Shown: positions 16,289-25,718 of the stretch, piece after piece
How the letters are laid out: each line of letters begins with the position of its first letter
Numbering within the stretch: position 1 is the stretch's first letter
Virus genome (UHGV): UHGV-0079566
Length of the DNA stretch: 34,746 nucleotides
Direction: 5' to 3' (one strand)
DNA from: a virus
Notes under the pieces: generated by a model
What the model saw: only the letters and a program-made list of their open reading frames with translations
Told to the model about the DNA's origin: nothing
The model's database searches: none
Made by a program: the position numbers and the translations under genes

Positions 16289-16318
16289 TATAATTGTGTA
16301 CACATAACGAGTACACGA
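16289..16318 (+). promoter_or_regulatory. phd-doc promoter/operator region: -10 TATAAT followed by palindrome TGTGTACACA and a GTACAC half-site
   Basis: Read in sequence immediately upstream of phd; Phd autorepression via palindromic sites is established for P1. Confidence 0.5.
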
Positions 16319-16325
16319 GGTGTTT

Positions 16326-16547
16326 ATGCAATCCATTAACTTCCGTACCGCGCGTGGCAACCTTTCTGAAGTGCTCAACAATGTTGAAGCCGGGGAAGAG
16401 GTTGAAATCACCCGCAGAGGCCGTGAGCCAGCAGTAATTGTCAGCAAGGCTACTTTCGAAGCCTACAAAAAAGCGGCGCTGGATGCTGAATTTGCATCCC
16501 TGTTTGACACCCTGGACTCCACCAACAAGGAACTGGTTAACCGATAA
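16326..16547 (+). CDS. phd: Phd antitoxin (73 aa)
   Basis: Protein [19 protein letters not shown]... recognised as P1 Phd; TAATG overlap with doc. Confidence 0.92.
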   Translation: MQSINFRTARGNLSEVLNNVEAGEEVEITRRGREPAVIVSKATFEAYKKAALDAEFASLFDTLDSTNKELVNR

Positions 16548-16927
16548 TGAGACATATATCACCGGAAGAACTTGTTGCGCTTCATGATGCGAATATAAGC
16601 CGCTACGGCGGCCTGCCGGGAATGTCTGATCCGGGTAGGGCAGAGGCCATTATCGGGAGAGTTCAGGCCAGAGTTGCCTACGAAGAGATCACCGACCTTT
16701 TCGAAGTCTCCGCCACCTACCTGGTGGCTACAGCGAGAGGGCATATATTCAATGATGCCAATAAGCGTACCGCGCTAAACAGTGCGCTGCTATTTCTACG
16801 CCGTAACGGGGTGCAGGTATTTGATTCACCTGAACTGGCAGACCTTACCGTAGGCGCTGCGACCGGAGAGATATCTGTATCTTCTGTCGCCGACACGTTA
16901 CGTAGATTGTATGGTTCCGCAGAGTAG
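16547..16927 (+). CDS. doc: Doc toxin, Fic-fold kinase (126 aa)
   Basis: Fic-type motif [10 protein letters not shown]; position and size match P1 Doc. Confidence 0.92.
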
Positions 16928-17111
16928 ATTAATGGCACGTAAATACAACAAATTGTCCCGTGAAGCGTTAAAGATGCTTCTTGATGGCGTGAGTCGCCGC
17001 GAGGTAAAGCAATACCTGGTTGGTAAGCAAATTGGTGCCAGGACCGCTATTGCTGTGTTATGCCGTCAGGAAATGGTTGTGCTTAAACAGAGAATGCCGG
17101 GCAGCAGATAA
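16911..17111 (+). CDS. Small protein downstream of doc (pdcA-like position); start may be ATG 16932
   Basis: ORF track; gene order doc-pdcA-pdcB-lpa recalled from P1. Confidence 0.4.
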   Translation: MVPQSRLMARKYNKLSREALKMLLDGVSRREVKQYLVGKQIGARTAIAVLCRQEMVVLKQRMPGSR

Positions 17112-17138
17112 AGCCCAATCAGTGATGAAAGGTGTGAT

Positions 17139-18182
17139 GTGAAAGCCGTAATTACTCCCTTTGTACAAAAAGAGCTTGGCGTCGCCACATTCAAAGTGGA
17201 TCAGGAAGTCAGAAAGCTGGTGGAGGCTGGCCGTAAATTTATTATGGAGCCGGTGCCGCGTGAGTTAATCGAGCACATGGACGACGGCCTCGTTGTTTCC
17301 GAGCAGACTATGGCAACAAATGAGGCGTTGCAGCCGTTTTTTAACAGCGATGAACTGTTTCGCCGTATTGGTGGAATTGACGCGCTGGTGGCGTGGTTGC
17401 GTAGGAAAGAGGGTCAATGCCAGGCCGCAGATCGTAGTTGGTGTGACAACCATATTGTCCACGCTGAACGAGACAATAGCGCGGTGTTGTTGTGCTGGCA
17501 TCACGATAACCATTACCGGATGCGTGGTTTTAATGAGCTGAAAGAAACGCTGCATAATAATCGCGTTAACTGGATACTGGATGTCGCCCGTCAGGAAATG
17601 GGGCTTTCAGATGGCCATGATTTAAGTATTCAGGAACTGTGCTGGTGGGCTTTCATGCGCAACATGATGCACCTGATGCCGGAAGAAGTTTGCCGTATAT
17701 CAATAAATAAGATGAAAGCCGCAACGCAGGATAGCGGACCTCTGAAAGAGGCGGATATTCGCCCGTATGACGATCGCGCTACAGCATATGTTCAGATGAT
17801 GGAAGAACGCGCCGCGCCGATGCGTGCAAAAGTATGCCCTGTGGATGTTGACTCCGACCCTGGCATGGCGCATTTCAAAATACCAAAACTTCAATCGCTA
17901 AAATTGCCCGAGTACATGGATTTTGTGGCTTCCCGTCCATGCTGTGGCTGTGGAGCTGCGGGAGCTGGCGCTCACATTACGCCTTATATCGTTCGTCATA
18001 GTCGATTATGCGCGCATGACATTTATGCTATTCCTCTGTGCCAGTCATGCCAGCGTGATATTGAGCGTGACCGCGATAATTGGGAGAAGACGCACGGTAG
18101 GCTGGCGATGCATCAACGATTGTTCTTTGATTACGCGCTTGGAGTCGGCGCTATCACAAGTCATTCGTCGAGCGTTAGATAA
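17139..18182 (+). CDS. Hypothetical protein (347 aa) in the pdcB-like position; C-terminal Cys-rich region (CCGC...C..C...C..C)
   Basis: ORF track; GTG start with AAAGGTG Shine-Dalgarno. Confidence 0.5.
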   Translation: MKAVITPFVQKELGVATFKVDQEVRKLVEAGRKFIMEPVPRELIEHMDDGLVVSEQTMATNEALQPFFNSDELFRRIGGIDALVAWLRRKEGQCQAADRSWCDNHIVHAERDNSAVLLCWHHDNHYRMRGFNELKETLHNNRVNWILDVARQEMGLSDGHDLSIQELCWWAFMRNMMHLMPEEVCRISINKMKAATQDSGPLKEADIRPYDDRATAYVQMMEERAAPMRAKVCPVDVDSDPGMAHFKIPKLQSLKLPEYMDFVASRPCCGCGAAGAGAHITPYIVRHSRLCAHDIYAIPLCQSCQRDIERDRDNWEKTHGRLAMHQRLFFDYALGVGAITSHSSSVR

Positions 18183-18183
18183 A

Positions 18184-18200
18184 ATTGCTCTAATGTATTG
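18184..18200 (+). promoter_or_regulatory. C1-operator-like site ATTGCTCTAATGTATTG upstream of lpa
   Basis: Read directly; P1 lpa is known to be C1-controlled. Confidence 0.55.
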
Positions 18201-18270
18201 CTATTTCTTTAATCGAGGGTATTATATTCGACGTTGATTAGTTGACATGGGCTAATCAGTAGGTGACAGG

Positions 18271-18723
18271 ATGTTACTTAACTGGCAGGGACGCCACTTC
18301 ATGGAAATAAATCACTCACGAATAACATCGTACGAGATTGCGGATTACATGATCCGCACTAAATCTCTTCTATCAGCGAAAGAACTCGCAGCAATTCTTG
18401 AAAAGGAATACCCGCATCTGGATGTCGATAAGCGCGATGTTTATCTGCGCTTAAAGGCTATCGCTGTGTCTAAGTATTCGTCTGTTTTGATTGATGACAG
18501 TACACGCCCACGTAGATTTCAGATCCACTCTCTGAATCCTGAATTCTTTCGCCGCAGCCGCGCTCCGCGCCGGTTTGATGAAAAACTCCAGAACGAACTC
18601 TATATGACGCAGGACGAAAAGGAACGCCGGGAGCACCAGCCTTGGGTGATGGCGCGTCAACTTTTCAATAAGGTGGTCCGTCAGCACCGTCATTACGGTA
18701 ATGCCACATCCGCACGTATCTGA
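18271..18723 (+). CDS. lpa: Lpa-like late promoter activator (150 aa)
   Basis: Position between pdcB and pacA with an upstream C1 operator, as in P1; AGGTGA Shine-Dalgarno. Confidence 0.65.
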   Translation: MLLNWQGRHFMEINHSRITSYEIADYMIRTKSLLSAKELAAILEKEYPHLDVDKRDVYLRLKAIAVSKYSSVLIDDSTRPRRFQIHSLNPEFFRRSRAPRRFDEKLQNELYMTQDEKERREHQPWVMARQLFNKVVRQHRHYGNATSARI

Positions 18724-18809
18724 TTGATTGCTTGCCCGTTCCGGGCCTTTTGACATGTGACTTTCGTTACCCTCGCGTCAAAAAGAGTTTTATACGAAAG
18801 GAAGCATAA

Positions 18810-20003
18810 GTGACCTGGGACGATCACAAGAAGAATTTTGCTCGCCTGGCGCGAGATGGTGGTTACACCATCGCACAGTATGCCGCCGAGTTTAATCTTA
18901 ACCCTAATACCGCACGTCGTTATCTCCGTGCCTTCAAAGAAGACACCAGGACAGCGGACAGCCGCAAGCCAAATAAGCCAGTCAGGAAGCCTCTAAAAAG
19001 CATGATCATTGATCACGCTAATGATCAACGTGCAGGTGATCACATTGTGGCTGAAATGGCTGAAAAACAAAGAGTTAATGCTGTTGTCAGTGCCGCAGTC
19101 GAGAACGCTAAGCGCCAAAATAAGCGCATAAATGATCGTTCTGATGATCATGACGTGATCACCCGCGCCCACCGTACCTTACGTGATCGCCTGGAACGCG
19201 ACACCCTGGATGATGATGGTGAACGCTTTGAATTCGAAGCTGGCGATTACCTGATAGATAACGTTGAAGCGCGGAAGGCCGCGCGCGCTATGTTGCGTCG
19301 GTCCGGGGCCGATGTTCTGGAAACCACTCTTCTGGAAAAGTCTCTTTCTCATCTCCTTATGCTGGAGAACGCCAGGGATACGTGTATTCGTCTGGTGCAG
19401 GAAATGCGCGATCAGCAAAAAGACGATGATGAAGGTACTCCGCCTGAATACCGTATCGCGAGCATGCTAAACAGCTGTTCCGCGCAGATAAGCAGCCTGA
19501 TCAACACCATTTACAGCATCCGGAATAACTATCGAAAAGAAAGCCGGGAGGCGGAAAAGCACGCTTTGTCTATGGGGCAAGCTGGCATTGTTAAGCTGGC
19601 ATACGAACGAAAGCGTGAAAATAACTGGTCAGTGCTGGAAGCAGCTGAATTCATCGAGGCGCATGGCGGGAAAGTGCCGCCCCTGATGCTGGAGCAAATC
19701 AAAGCCGATCTGCGTGCTCCGAAGACCAATACCGATGATGAGGAAAGGCAAACAGCCGTCGGTGGCCCTTCTCTTGAAGATCTGGACAAAGTTGCGCGAG
19801 AACGGGCCGCCAACCGCCGCGCCGATGCCGCATTGTGGATTGAGCAGCGTAGGGAAGAAATCGCCGATATCGTTGATACAGGCGGTTATGGAGATGTTGA
19901 TACTGAAGGTGTATCAAACGAACCATGGCTGGAACAAGACCTGGACGAAGACGAGGAGGAAGACGAAGAAGTTACCCGCAAGCTATACGGGGATGATGAT
20001 TAA
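18810..20003 (+). CDS. pacA: PacA, terminase small/recognition subunit (397 aa)
   Basis: Size and N-terminus [18 protein letters not shown]... match P1 PacA; contains the pac site; GTG start. Confidence 0.85.
   Translation: MTWDDHKKNFARLARDGGYTIAQYAAEFNLNPNTARRYLRAFKEDTRTADSRKPNKPVRKPLKSMIIDHANDQRAGDHIVAEMAEKQRVNAVVSAAVENAKRQNKRINDRSDDHDVITRAHRTLRDRLERDTLDDDGERFEFEAGDYLIDNVEARKAARAMLRRSGADVLETTLLEKSLSHLLMLENARDTCIRLVQEMRDQQKDDDEGTPPEYRIASMLNSCSAQISSLINTIYSIRNNYRKESREAEKHALSMGQAGIVKLAYERKRENNWSVLEAAEFIEAHGGKVPPLMLEQIKADLRAPKTNTDDEERQTAVGGPSLEDLDKVARERAANRRADAALWIEQRREEIADIVDTGGYGDVDTEGVSNEPWLEQDLDEDEEEDEEVTRKLYGDDD
19003..19161 (+). other. pac packaging site: seven TGATCA/G hexamers in two clusters (4 at 19003-19042, 3 at 19133-19161), each containing a Dam GATC
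   Basis: Hexamers read directly inside pacA; the 4+3 architecture matches the P1 pac site. Confidence 0.8.
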
Positions 20004-21487
20004 TGGCCAGAAGTTGCGTAACGGATCCACGTTGGCGCGAGCTGGTGGCGCTATATCGTTATGACTGGATTGCGGCCGCTGATGTTTTGTTCGGCAAAAC
20101 ACCTACCTGGCAGCAGGATCTGATTATTGAGTCTGTGCAGGAACAGGGTAGCAAGACATCTGTTTCGTCTGGCCACGGTACCGGGAAATCAGACATGACT
20201 TCTATCATGATCATGTTGTTCATAATCATGTATCCCGGTGCCCGAGCCATTATCGTTGCGAACAAAATTCAGCAGGTAATGACCGGTATATTCAAGTACA
20301 TCAAGATAAACTGGGCTACTGCCACCAGCCGTTTTCCATGGCTTGCTGATTATTTTGTTCTGACAGAAACCGCTTTCTATGAGGTTACTGGTAAAGGTGT
20401 ATGGACTGTAGTACCGAAGGGCTTTCGTCTGGGAAGTGAAGAAGCTCTCGCCGGTGAACACGCAGATCATCTTCTGTATATTATCGATGAAGCCTCCGGT
20501 GTCAGTGATAGAGCTTTCGGTATCATCACCGGTGCTCTTACCGGACAGGATAACCGCATCTTATTGCTGTCACAGCCTACACGCCCAAGCGGCTATTTCT
20601 ACGATACACACCATAAACTGGCCAAGCGTCCTGGTAACCCTGATGGCGTTTATACGGCGATCACGCTTAACAGTGAGGAATCACCGCTGGTAACGCCAGC
20701 ATTTATCAAAATGAAGCTGGCGGAGTACGGCGGGCGCGATAACCCTATGTACATGATTAAGGTACGCGGCCTATTCCCTAAATCACAGGATGGCTTCCTT
20801 CTTGGACGTGATGAGGTTGAACGTGCAACGCGGCGGAAAGTCAAGATTGCCAAAGGATGGGGCTGGCTTGCATGTGTGGACGTTGCTGGTGGTACGGGAA
20901 GGGATAAGTCCGTTATCAATATCATGATGGTGTCCGGCCAGCGAAACAAACGCCGTGTAATCAACTATCGAATGCTGGAATACACAGACGTTACAGAAAC
21001 GCAGCTTGCCGCCAAAATTTTCGCAGAATGTAATCCTGAGCGATTCCCAAATATCACCATAGCGATAGACGGCGATGGCCTGGGTAAAGCAACAGCGGAT
21101 CTGATGTACGAGTATTATGGTATTACCGTACAGCGTATACGCTGGGGTAAAAAGATGCATAGCCGTGAAGATAAGAGCCTGTACTTTGATAAACGTGCTT
21201 ATGCCAATGTTCAAGCCGCAGAGGCCGTAAAATCTGGTCGTATGAGACTGGATAAGGGTAATGAAACTATTGAGGAAGCGTCGAAAATCCCTGTAGGGAT
21301 TAACTCCGCAGGTCAATGGAAGGTGATGAGTAAGGAGGATATGAAGAAAAAACTCAACCTGCACTCACCAGACCATTGGGATACATATTGTTTCGCTATG
21401 CTGGCGGATTATGTTCCCCAGGATGAAGTGCTTAGCGTCGAAGACGAAGCGCAGGTTGATGAAGCTCTGGCATGGCTTAATGAATAA
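20003..21487 (+). CDS. pacB: PacB, terminase large subunit (494 aa)
   Basis: Size and position; TAATG overlap with pacA. Confidence 0.85.
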   Translation: MARSCVTDPRWRELVALYRYDWIAAADVLFGKTPTWQQDLIIESVQEQGSKTSVSSGHGTGKSDMTSIMIMLFIIMYPGARAIIVANKIQQVMTGIFKYIKINWATATSRFPWLADYFVLTETAFYEVTGKGVWTVVPKGFRLGSEEALAGEHADHLLYIIDEASGVSDRAFGIITGALTGQDNRILLLSQPTRPSGYFYDTHHKLAKRPGNPDGVYTAITLNSEESPLVTPAFIKMKLAEYGGRDNPMYMIKVRGLFPKSQDGFLLGRDEVERATRRKVKIAKGWGWLACVDVAGGTGRDKSVINIMMVSGQRNKRRVINYRMLEYTDVTETQLAAKIFAECNPERFPNITIAIDGDGLGKATADLMYEYYGITVQRIRWGKKMHSREDKSLYFDKRAYANVQAAEAVKSGRMRLDKGNETIEEASKIPVGINSAGQWKVMSKEDMKKKLNLHSPDHWDTYCFAMLADYVPQDEVLSVEDEAQVDEALAWLNE

Positions 21488-21511
21488 CTCATTGACCATG
21501 CCGGATGGAAA

Positions 21512-22363
21512 CTATTGCGCGCTTTCGGGGTTGTCGTTTACTGGCTGCCCTTTCTTAGTTTTACGGCTGCGCGTAACTGATGCGGCTGATTTGACCTTTT
21601 TCTCTTCGCGAGTGATGGCAATTTGTTTTTTTACATTTTCAATATCTGCCAGGCGATATATTTTTGCCTGCGGCCAGCGGTCGCAGATGATCGGTTCTAT
21701 AGAGTCATAAAGGCTAAATTTTGCTTTCTCGAATTCACCGTTGATGATAATTCCATCACGGAGAGTTTCATCGCAGATAAACACACCACATAGCGGCACA
21801 TGGTAACTAACTGATTTACCATCATTGTAGTTAGGGCTACTAGAAATGTAATGGACGCGCAGCATTGTTTCGCTAAAGCCGTGTACGCGCATACGGAATT
21901 TTTCATCCTCCGGGTACTGCTTCATTAGCTCTTTTGTTGCTTCCAGGTTCTCTATGTATTTCGCACTGTGCTCATTGATCCCTGCGCTTTTCTGGATGCG
22001 AATGTCCTTATCAATCAGATGAATAATGCGGCCAGCGGTCATGTTGACGCTGTTCACAGCTTCTGTCTGATAAGTCGTAACCTTACGCACACCGCGAAGG
22101 ATGTTAGGCACTGGATATAAAATAGTCTTTGGGATATTGAGGTCTGGGTACTGTTCCAGTTCCCGCGCCATTAAAGTCCATTTATCAATTTCAGCCTGAA
22201 TGCTGTCAGTTTCTTTGAACGGCAGAACGACAACCGGGCGTACAGGACGACCGTCGCTGGCGGCATCAACGTGTTGGGCGCGTGCAACAGCTTTTTTTAG
22301 AAAGAGATCCCTGAAGCTGACGAACTCCTGGTACAGTTGTTCGCCGTAGACATAATTTATCAT
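21512..22363 (-). CDS. c1: C1 repressor of lysis (283 aa)
   Basis: 283-aa protein MINYVYGEQLYQEF... recognised as P1 C1; AGGAGG Shine-Dalgarno; convergent with pacB. Confidence 0.9.
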   Translation of the reverse strand: MINYVYGEQLYQEFVSFRDLFLKKAVARAQHVDAASDGRPVRPVVVLPFKETDSIQAEIDKWTLMARELEQYPDLNIPKTILYPVPNILRGVRKVTTYQTEAVNSVNMTAGRIIHLIDKDIRIQKSAGINEHSAKYIENLEATKELMKQYPEDEKFRMRVHGFSETMLRVHYISSSPNYNDGKSVSYHVPLCGVFICDETLRDGIIINGEFEKAKFSLYDSIEPIICDRWPQAKIYRLADIENVKKQIAITREEKKVKSAASVTRSRKTKKGQPVNDNPESAQ

Positions 22364-22386
22364 TGATCCTCCTCCAGAATTGACAT

Positions 22387-22427
22387 GGCCAACAACTCAC
22401 AGCGGATTACACTGGGAGTTGTTGGCC
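22387..22427. repeat. Inverted repeat (11-bp arms ggccaacaact / agttgttggcc, 19-nt loop) in the coi-c1 intergenic leader
   Basis: Read in sequence; no U-run after it on the minus strand. Confidence 0.6.
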
Positions 22428-22457
22428 ACCATTATAGAAGGATCCAACGAAAATAAT

Positions 22458-22474
22458 AGATTTATTAGTGCATT
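22458..22474 (-). promoter_or_regulatory. C1-operator-like site (14/17) overlapping the 3' end of coi, upstream of c1
   Basis: Plus-strand agatttattagtgcatt. Confidence 0.5.
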
Positions 22475-22683
22475 TATTGTGAGTCTGGCTGGTTAGTGGC
22501 CATGAGATATTCGATTGTGTCAGTGAGATCATCCAGGTCGTCTTGGGTGATGCGGTACTCCTGATTGGATATCTTTGAGTAGTGTTCAGCAATGGCGCGG
22601 GCAGCGTCGGTTTCGGCGGGGTCTACAGATAAAGCGTTAGAGCAATGTCTAACGTCGTCGATGGTTGGTGGAATGAAAGCCAT
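22474..22683 (-). CDS. coi: Coi, C1 inactivator (69 aa)
   Basis: 69-aa protein directly upstream of c1 on the same strand, as in P1. Confidence 0.8.
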   Translation of the reverse strand: MAFIPPTIDDVRHCSNALSVDPAETDAARAIAEHYSKISNQEYRITQDDLDDLTDTIEYLMATNQPDSQ

Positions 22684-22921
22684 AATTATGCCTCACTGTA
22701 TTGACAACACAGAGCCTGAAGCTCTGACCTACTGTTTCACCCATGATCCATGCTGGGGTAATCTAACAACATTGCGCTGTGTGTAAGATGAGCAATGCAT
22801 AGCTGTAATGCCGTTGTATAAGGTTTCCCTGTTTGCTCATTTCCTTCTGAGCCGCTCTACAACGCTGAAGACACATTAAATAGTGAATCCAAAGTCGTAT
22901 TACGAAACGGCGGCAAAACTA

Positions 22922-22938
22922 TAATTTATTAGAGCAAT
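22922..22938 (-). promoter_or_regulatory. C1 operator (complement ATTGCTCTAATAAATTA, 16/17) in the leftward promoter region for the coi-c1 operon
   Basis: Read directly. Confidence 0.7.
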
Positions 22939-23004
22939 TGTCAAACAACTATGAAAAACAATCCAGTTTTTGGCTGGTGGAGTGGGATTTTTCTCTCAAA
23001 ATTT

Positions 23005-23021
23005 ATTGCTCTAATAATTCT
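23005..23021 (+). promoter_or_regulatory. C1-operator-like site ATTGCTCTAATAATTCT followed by ttgattttta (same cassette as 7367-7393)
   Basis: Read directly, about 45 bp before loxP. Confidence 0.65.
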
Positions 23022-23064
23022 TGATTTTTATGCGCAACTGGACGTAAACTCCTCTTCGGACCTA

Positions 23065-23098
23065 ATAACTTCGTATAGCATACATTATACGAAGTTAT
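23065..23098 (+). other. loxP: loxP recombination site (ATAACTTCGTATA-GCATACAT-TATACGAAGTTAT)
   Basis: Exact canonical 34-bp loxP read in sequence, about 420 bp upstream of cre. Confidence 0.97.
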
Positions 23099-23168
23099 CT
23101 TAAGGGTTATTGAACATGATCAATTTACCTGTAAATCCATACAGTTCAATACCTTATCAGGTCAAATA

Positions 23169-23192
23169 GTGATCACTTGATCATTTGATCAA
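23169..23192 (+). promoter_or_regulatory. Cluster of three Dam sites (tgatcacttgatcatttgatca) between loxP and cre; candidate methylation-sensitive cre promoter region
   Basis: GATC at 23171, 23179 and 23187 read directly; Dam control of cre promoters is reported for P1. Confidence 0.55.
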
Positions 23193-23287
23193 GGTTGCGC
23201 TACGTAAAATCTGCGAAATGTTGGCGGTGTTAGTCCTACAGATTTCGCGTAGCGCACTTAGCACCACCAATCAATCAGAGGTGAAAA

Positions 23288-23509
23288 ATGGGATATTCAG
23301 CTGCTAAAGTGTCCACTCATCTTGAGCTTGAGAAAAACCGTGGTTACTGGCGGGCAAAAGGGTTTGAGCGTGATAGTTACCAACTGTCATTATCTCGCGG
23401 TGAAGAGAAAATAGAACGCACGCGCGGTCGCTGGCGTTTCTATGACGAGAACCATAAACAGGTAAAGGCAGAGCCGATCCTGTACACTTTACTTAAAACC
23501 ATTATCTGA
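23288..23509 (+). CDS. Small basic hypothetical protein (73 aa) between loxP and cre
   Basis: ORF track; strong GAGGTGA Shine-Dalgarno 5 nt upstream of the ATG; its stop lies 8 nt before the cre ATG. Confidence 0.4.
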   Translation: MGYSAAKVSTHLELEKNRGYWRAKGFERDSYQLSLSRGEEKIERTRGRWRFYDENHKQVKAEPILYTLLKTII

Positions 23510-23516
23510 GTGTTAA

Positions 23517-24548
23517 ATGTCCAATTTACTGACCGTACACCAAAATTTGCCTGCATTACCGGTCGATGCAACGAGTGATGAGGTTCGCAAGAATCTGATG
23601 GACATGTTCAGGGATCGCCAGGCGTTTTCTGAGCATACCTGGAAAATGCTTCTGTCCGTTTGCCGGTCGTGGGCGACATGGTGCAAGTTGAATAACCGGA
23701 AGTGGTTTCCCGCAGAACCTGAAGATGTTCGCGATTATCTTCTATATCTTCAGGCGCGCGGTCTGGCAGTGAAAACTATCCAGCAACATTTGGGCCAGCT
23801 AAATATGCTTCATCGTCGGTCCGGTCTGCCACGACCAAGTGACAGCAATGCTGTTTCACTGGTCATGCGACGGATCCGAAAAGAAAACGTTGATGCCGGT
23901 GAGCGTGCAAAACAGGCGCTGGCGTTCGAACGCACTGATTTCGACCAGGTTCGTTCACTCATGGAAAATAGCGATCGCTGCCAGGATATACGTAATCTGG
24001 CATTTCTGGGGATTGCTTATAACACCCTGTTACGTATAGCCGAAATTTCCAGGATCAGGGTTAAAGATATCTCACGTACTGACGGTGGGAGAATGTTAAT
24101 CCATATTGGCAGAACGAAAACGCTGGTTAGCACCGCTGGTGTAGAGAAGGCACTTAGCCTGGGGGTAACTAAACTGGTTGAGCGATGGATTTCTGTCTCT
24201 GGTGTAGCTGATGATCCGAATAACTACCTGTTTTGCCGCGTCAGAAAAAATGGTGTTGCCGCGCCATCATCCACCAGCCAGCTATCAACTCGCGCCCTGG
24301 AAGGGATTTTTGAAGCAACTCACCGATTGATTTACGGGGCAAAAGATGACTCTGGTCAGCGATACCTGGCCTGGTCTGGACACAGTGCCCGTGTCGGAGC
24401 CGCGCGAGATATGGCCCGCGCCGGAGTTTCAATACCGGAGATCATGCAAGCTGGTGGCTGGACCAACGTAAATATTGTCATGAACTATATCCGTAACCTG
24501 GATAGTGAAACGGGGGCAATGGTGCGCCTGCTGGAAGATGGCGATTAG
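23517..24548 (+). CDS. cre: Cre tyrosine recombinase (343 aa)
   Basis: Protein MSNLLTVHQNLPALPVDATSDEVRKNLMDMF... recognised as Cre, with loxP upstream. Confidence 0.97.
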   Translation: MSNLLTVHQNLPALPVDATSDEVRKNLMDMFRDRQAFSEHTWKMLLSVCRSWATWCKLNNRKWFPAEPEDVRDYLLYLQARGLAVKTIQQHLGQLNMLHRRSGLPRPSDSNAVSLVMRRIRKENVDAGERAKQALAFERTDFDQVRSLMENSDRCQDIRNLAFLGIAYNTLLRIAEISRIRVKDISRTDGGRMLIHIGRTKTLVSTAGVEKALSLGVTKLVERWISVSGVADDPNNYLFCRVRKNGVAAPSSTSQLSTRALEGIFEATHRLIYGAKDDSGQRYLAWSGHSARVGAARDMARAGVSIPEIMQAGGWTNVNIVMNYIRNLDSETGAMVRLLEDGD

Positions 24549-24565
24549 CCGTTCATTTGCGCTTG

Positions 24566-24582
24566 ATTGCTCTAATTATTTG
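24566..24582 (+). promoter_or_regulatory. C1-operator-like site ATTGCTCTAATTATTTG just downstream of cre
   Basis: Read directly. Confidence 0.6.
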
Positions 24583-24598
24583 ATATTTATGGTGACAC

Positions 24599-24910
24599 AT
24601 GCGGAAGGATTTCAAAATAGACGGAAAATATGTGGTGCTGTCTGTAAGCTCTCAAATTCAGTCACCATCTGTCATTGTCACCGTAAAGTTGAGCGATAGG
24701 ATGCCTGATATCGACTCGATATCTGTTGCGTTCCCCGTTAAAAGCATGCGGAGTGCTGAACATTTTGTGATGAATGCAACGGAGGAGGAAGCGCGGCGCG
24801 GGCTTACTAGAGTGATGGGGGAATTTGGCGAACTCCTGGGTAAGGTAAACAATGCCCTTTCAATCAGTTCAGCAAGGTCCAAAGCGTTAACAGCTTCCAT
24901 GATGAAATAA
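24599..24910 (+). CDS. Hypothetical protein (103 aa) in the cra (cre-associated) position
   Basis: ORF track; GGTGA Shine-Dalgarno; identity with P1 cra not verifiable from memory. Confidence 0.4.
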   Translation: MRKDFKIDGKYVVLSVSSQIQSPSVIVTVKLSDRMPDIDSISVAFPVKSMRSAEHFVMNATEEEARRGLTRVMGEFGELLGKVNNALSISSARSKALTASMMK

Positions 24911-24936
24911 AAAAAAGCCTGGCAAGGAGCCAGGCT
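24909..24936 (-). terminator. Hairpin (8-bp stem agcctggc / gccaggct, loop aagga) with an 8-nt U-run only on the minus strand
   Basis: Plus strand reads A8 + stem; the minus strand reads stem + T8. Confidence 0.5.
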
Positions 24937-25042
24937 GCACAAAAGAGCGGGTTTGTATTCCGCATCCAATCAATCAAGAAGGAGTATAGCACACAGGTAC
25001 TGAAGTGAAAAAATGTGATTCGCGATAAACAAAATATCTACC

Positions 25043-25072
25043 ATTGCTCTAATTGATTGCTATAATTTAGCC
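25043..25072 (+). promoter_or_regulatory. Tandem C1-operator-like sites (ATTGCTCTAATTGATTG and ATTGCTATAATTTAGCC), the second containing a -10 TATAAT; candidate ref promoter/operator
   Basis: Read directly; C1/Bof control of ref is established for P1. Confidence 0.6.
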
Positions 25073-25126
25073 GCAGTTTTTGTCAACTACGAAGACGTTG
25101 CCATTACTTCACTCCTTGACATCATT

Positions 25127-25152
25127 GGCGGCCATTAGGCCGCCTTTTTTTT
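25127..25152 (+). terminator. Terminator-like hairpin in the ref leader (7-bp GC stem ggcggcc / ggccgcc, loop atta, T8) ending 5 nt before the ref ATG
   Basis: Perfect inverted repeat plus tttttttt read directly. Confidence 0.65.
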
Positions 25153-25157
25153 GCCAT

Positions 25158-25718
25158 ATGAAAACAATCGAACAAAAACTTGAACAGCGCCGCGAGTGGC
25201 AGAAGGCAGCCAGAGAACGAGCGATCGCTCGGCAACGGGAAAAGTTGGCTGACCCCGCCTGGCGAGAATCGCAATATCAGAAAATGCGGGATTCTATCGA
25301 CCGCCGTATCGCTAAACAGAAAGAGCGCCCACCAGCCAGCAAAACGCGGAAAAGTGCGGTAAAAATAAAATCTCGTGGCTTGAAGGGGCGAACACCGACG
25401 GCGGAGGAACGGACCATCGCCAATGCTCTTGGCACTCTCCCCTGCATTGCCTGCTACATGCATGGAGTAATATCTGAAGAGGTGTCTCTGCACCATATCT
25501 CCGGTCGTACCGCGCCGGGTTGTCACAAAAAGCAATTGCCCCTTTGTAGATGGCACCACCAGCATGCTGCACCGGCTGAAGTAAGAGCAAAATACCCCTG
25601 GCTGGTCCCTGTTCATGCCGATGGTGTGGTTGGAGGCAAGAAAGAATTCACCTTGCTGAACAAGTCAGAGATGGAGTTACTGGCTGACGCCTATGAGATG
25701 GCAAACATCATGCACTAA
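25158..25718 (+). CDS. ref: Ref, RecA-dependent HNH-family nuclease (186 aa)
   Basis: Protein MKTIEQKLEQRREWQKAARERA... with C-terminal Cys/His HNH-like region; 186 aa as for P1 Ref. Confidence 0.85.
   Translation: MKTIEQKLEQRREWQKAARERAIARQREKLADPAWRESQYQKMRDSIDRRIAKQKERPPASKTRKSAVKIKSRGLKGRTPTAEERTIANALGTLPCIACYMHGVISEEVSLHHISGRTAPGCHKKQLPLCRWHHQHAAPAEVRAKYPWLVPVHADGVVGGKKEFTLLNKSEMELLADAYEMANIMH

Noticed and set aside
24658-24969. 103-aa minus-strand ORF antisense to the cra-like gene
   Set aside because: No Shine-Dalgarno (upstream is pyrimidine-rich), and a leftward terminator hairpin lies inside its 5' region, which is incompatible with a full-length transcript. The plus-strand ORF is preferred, though with modest confidence.
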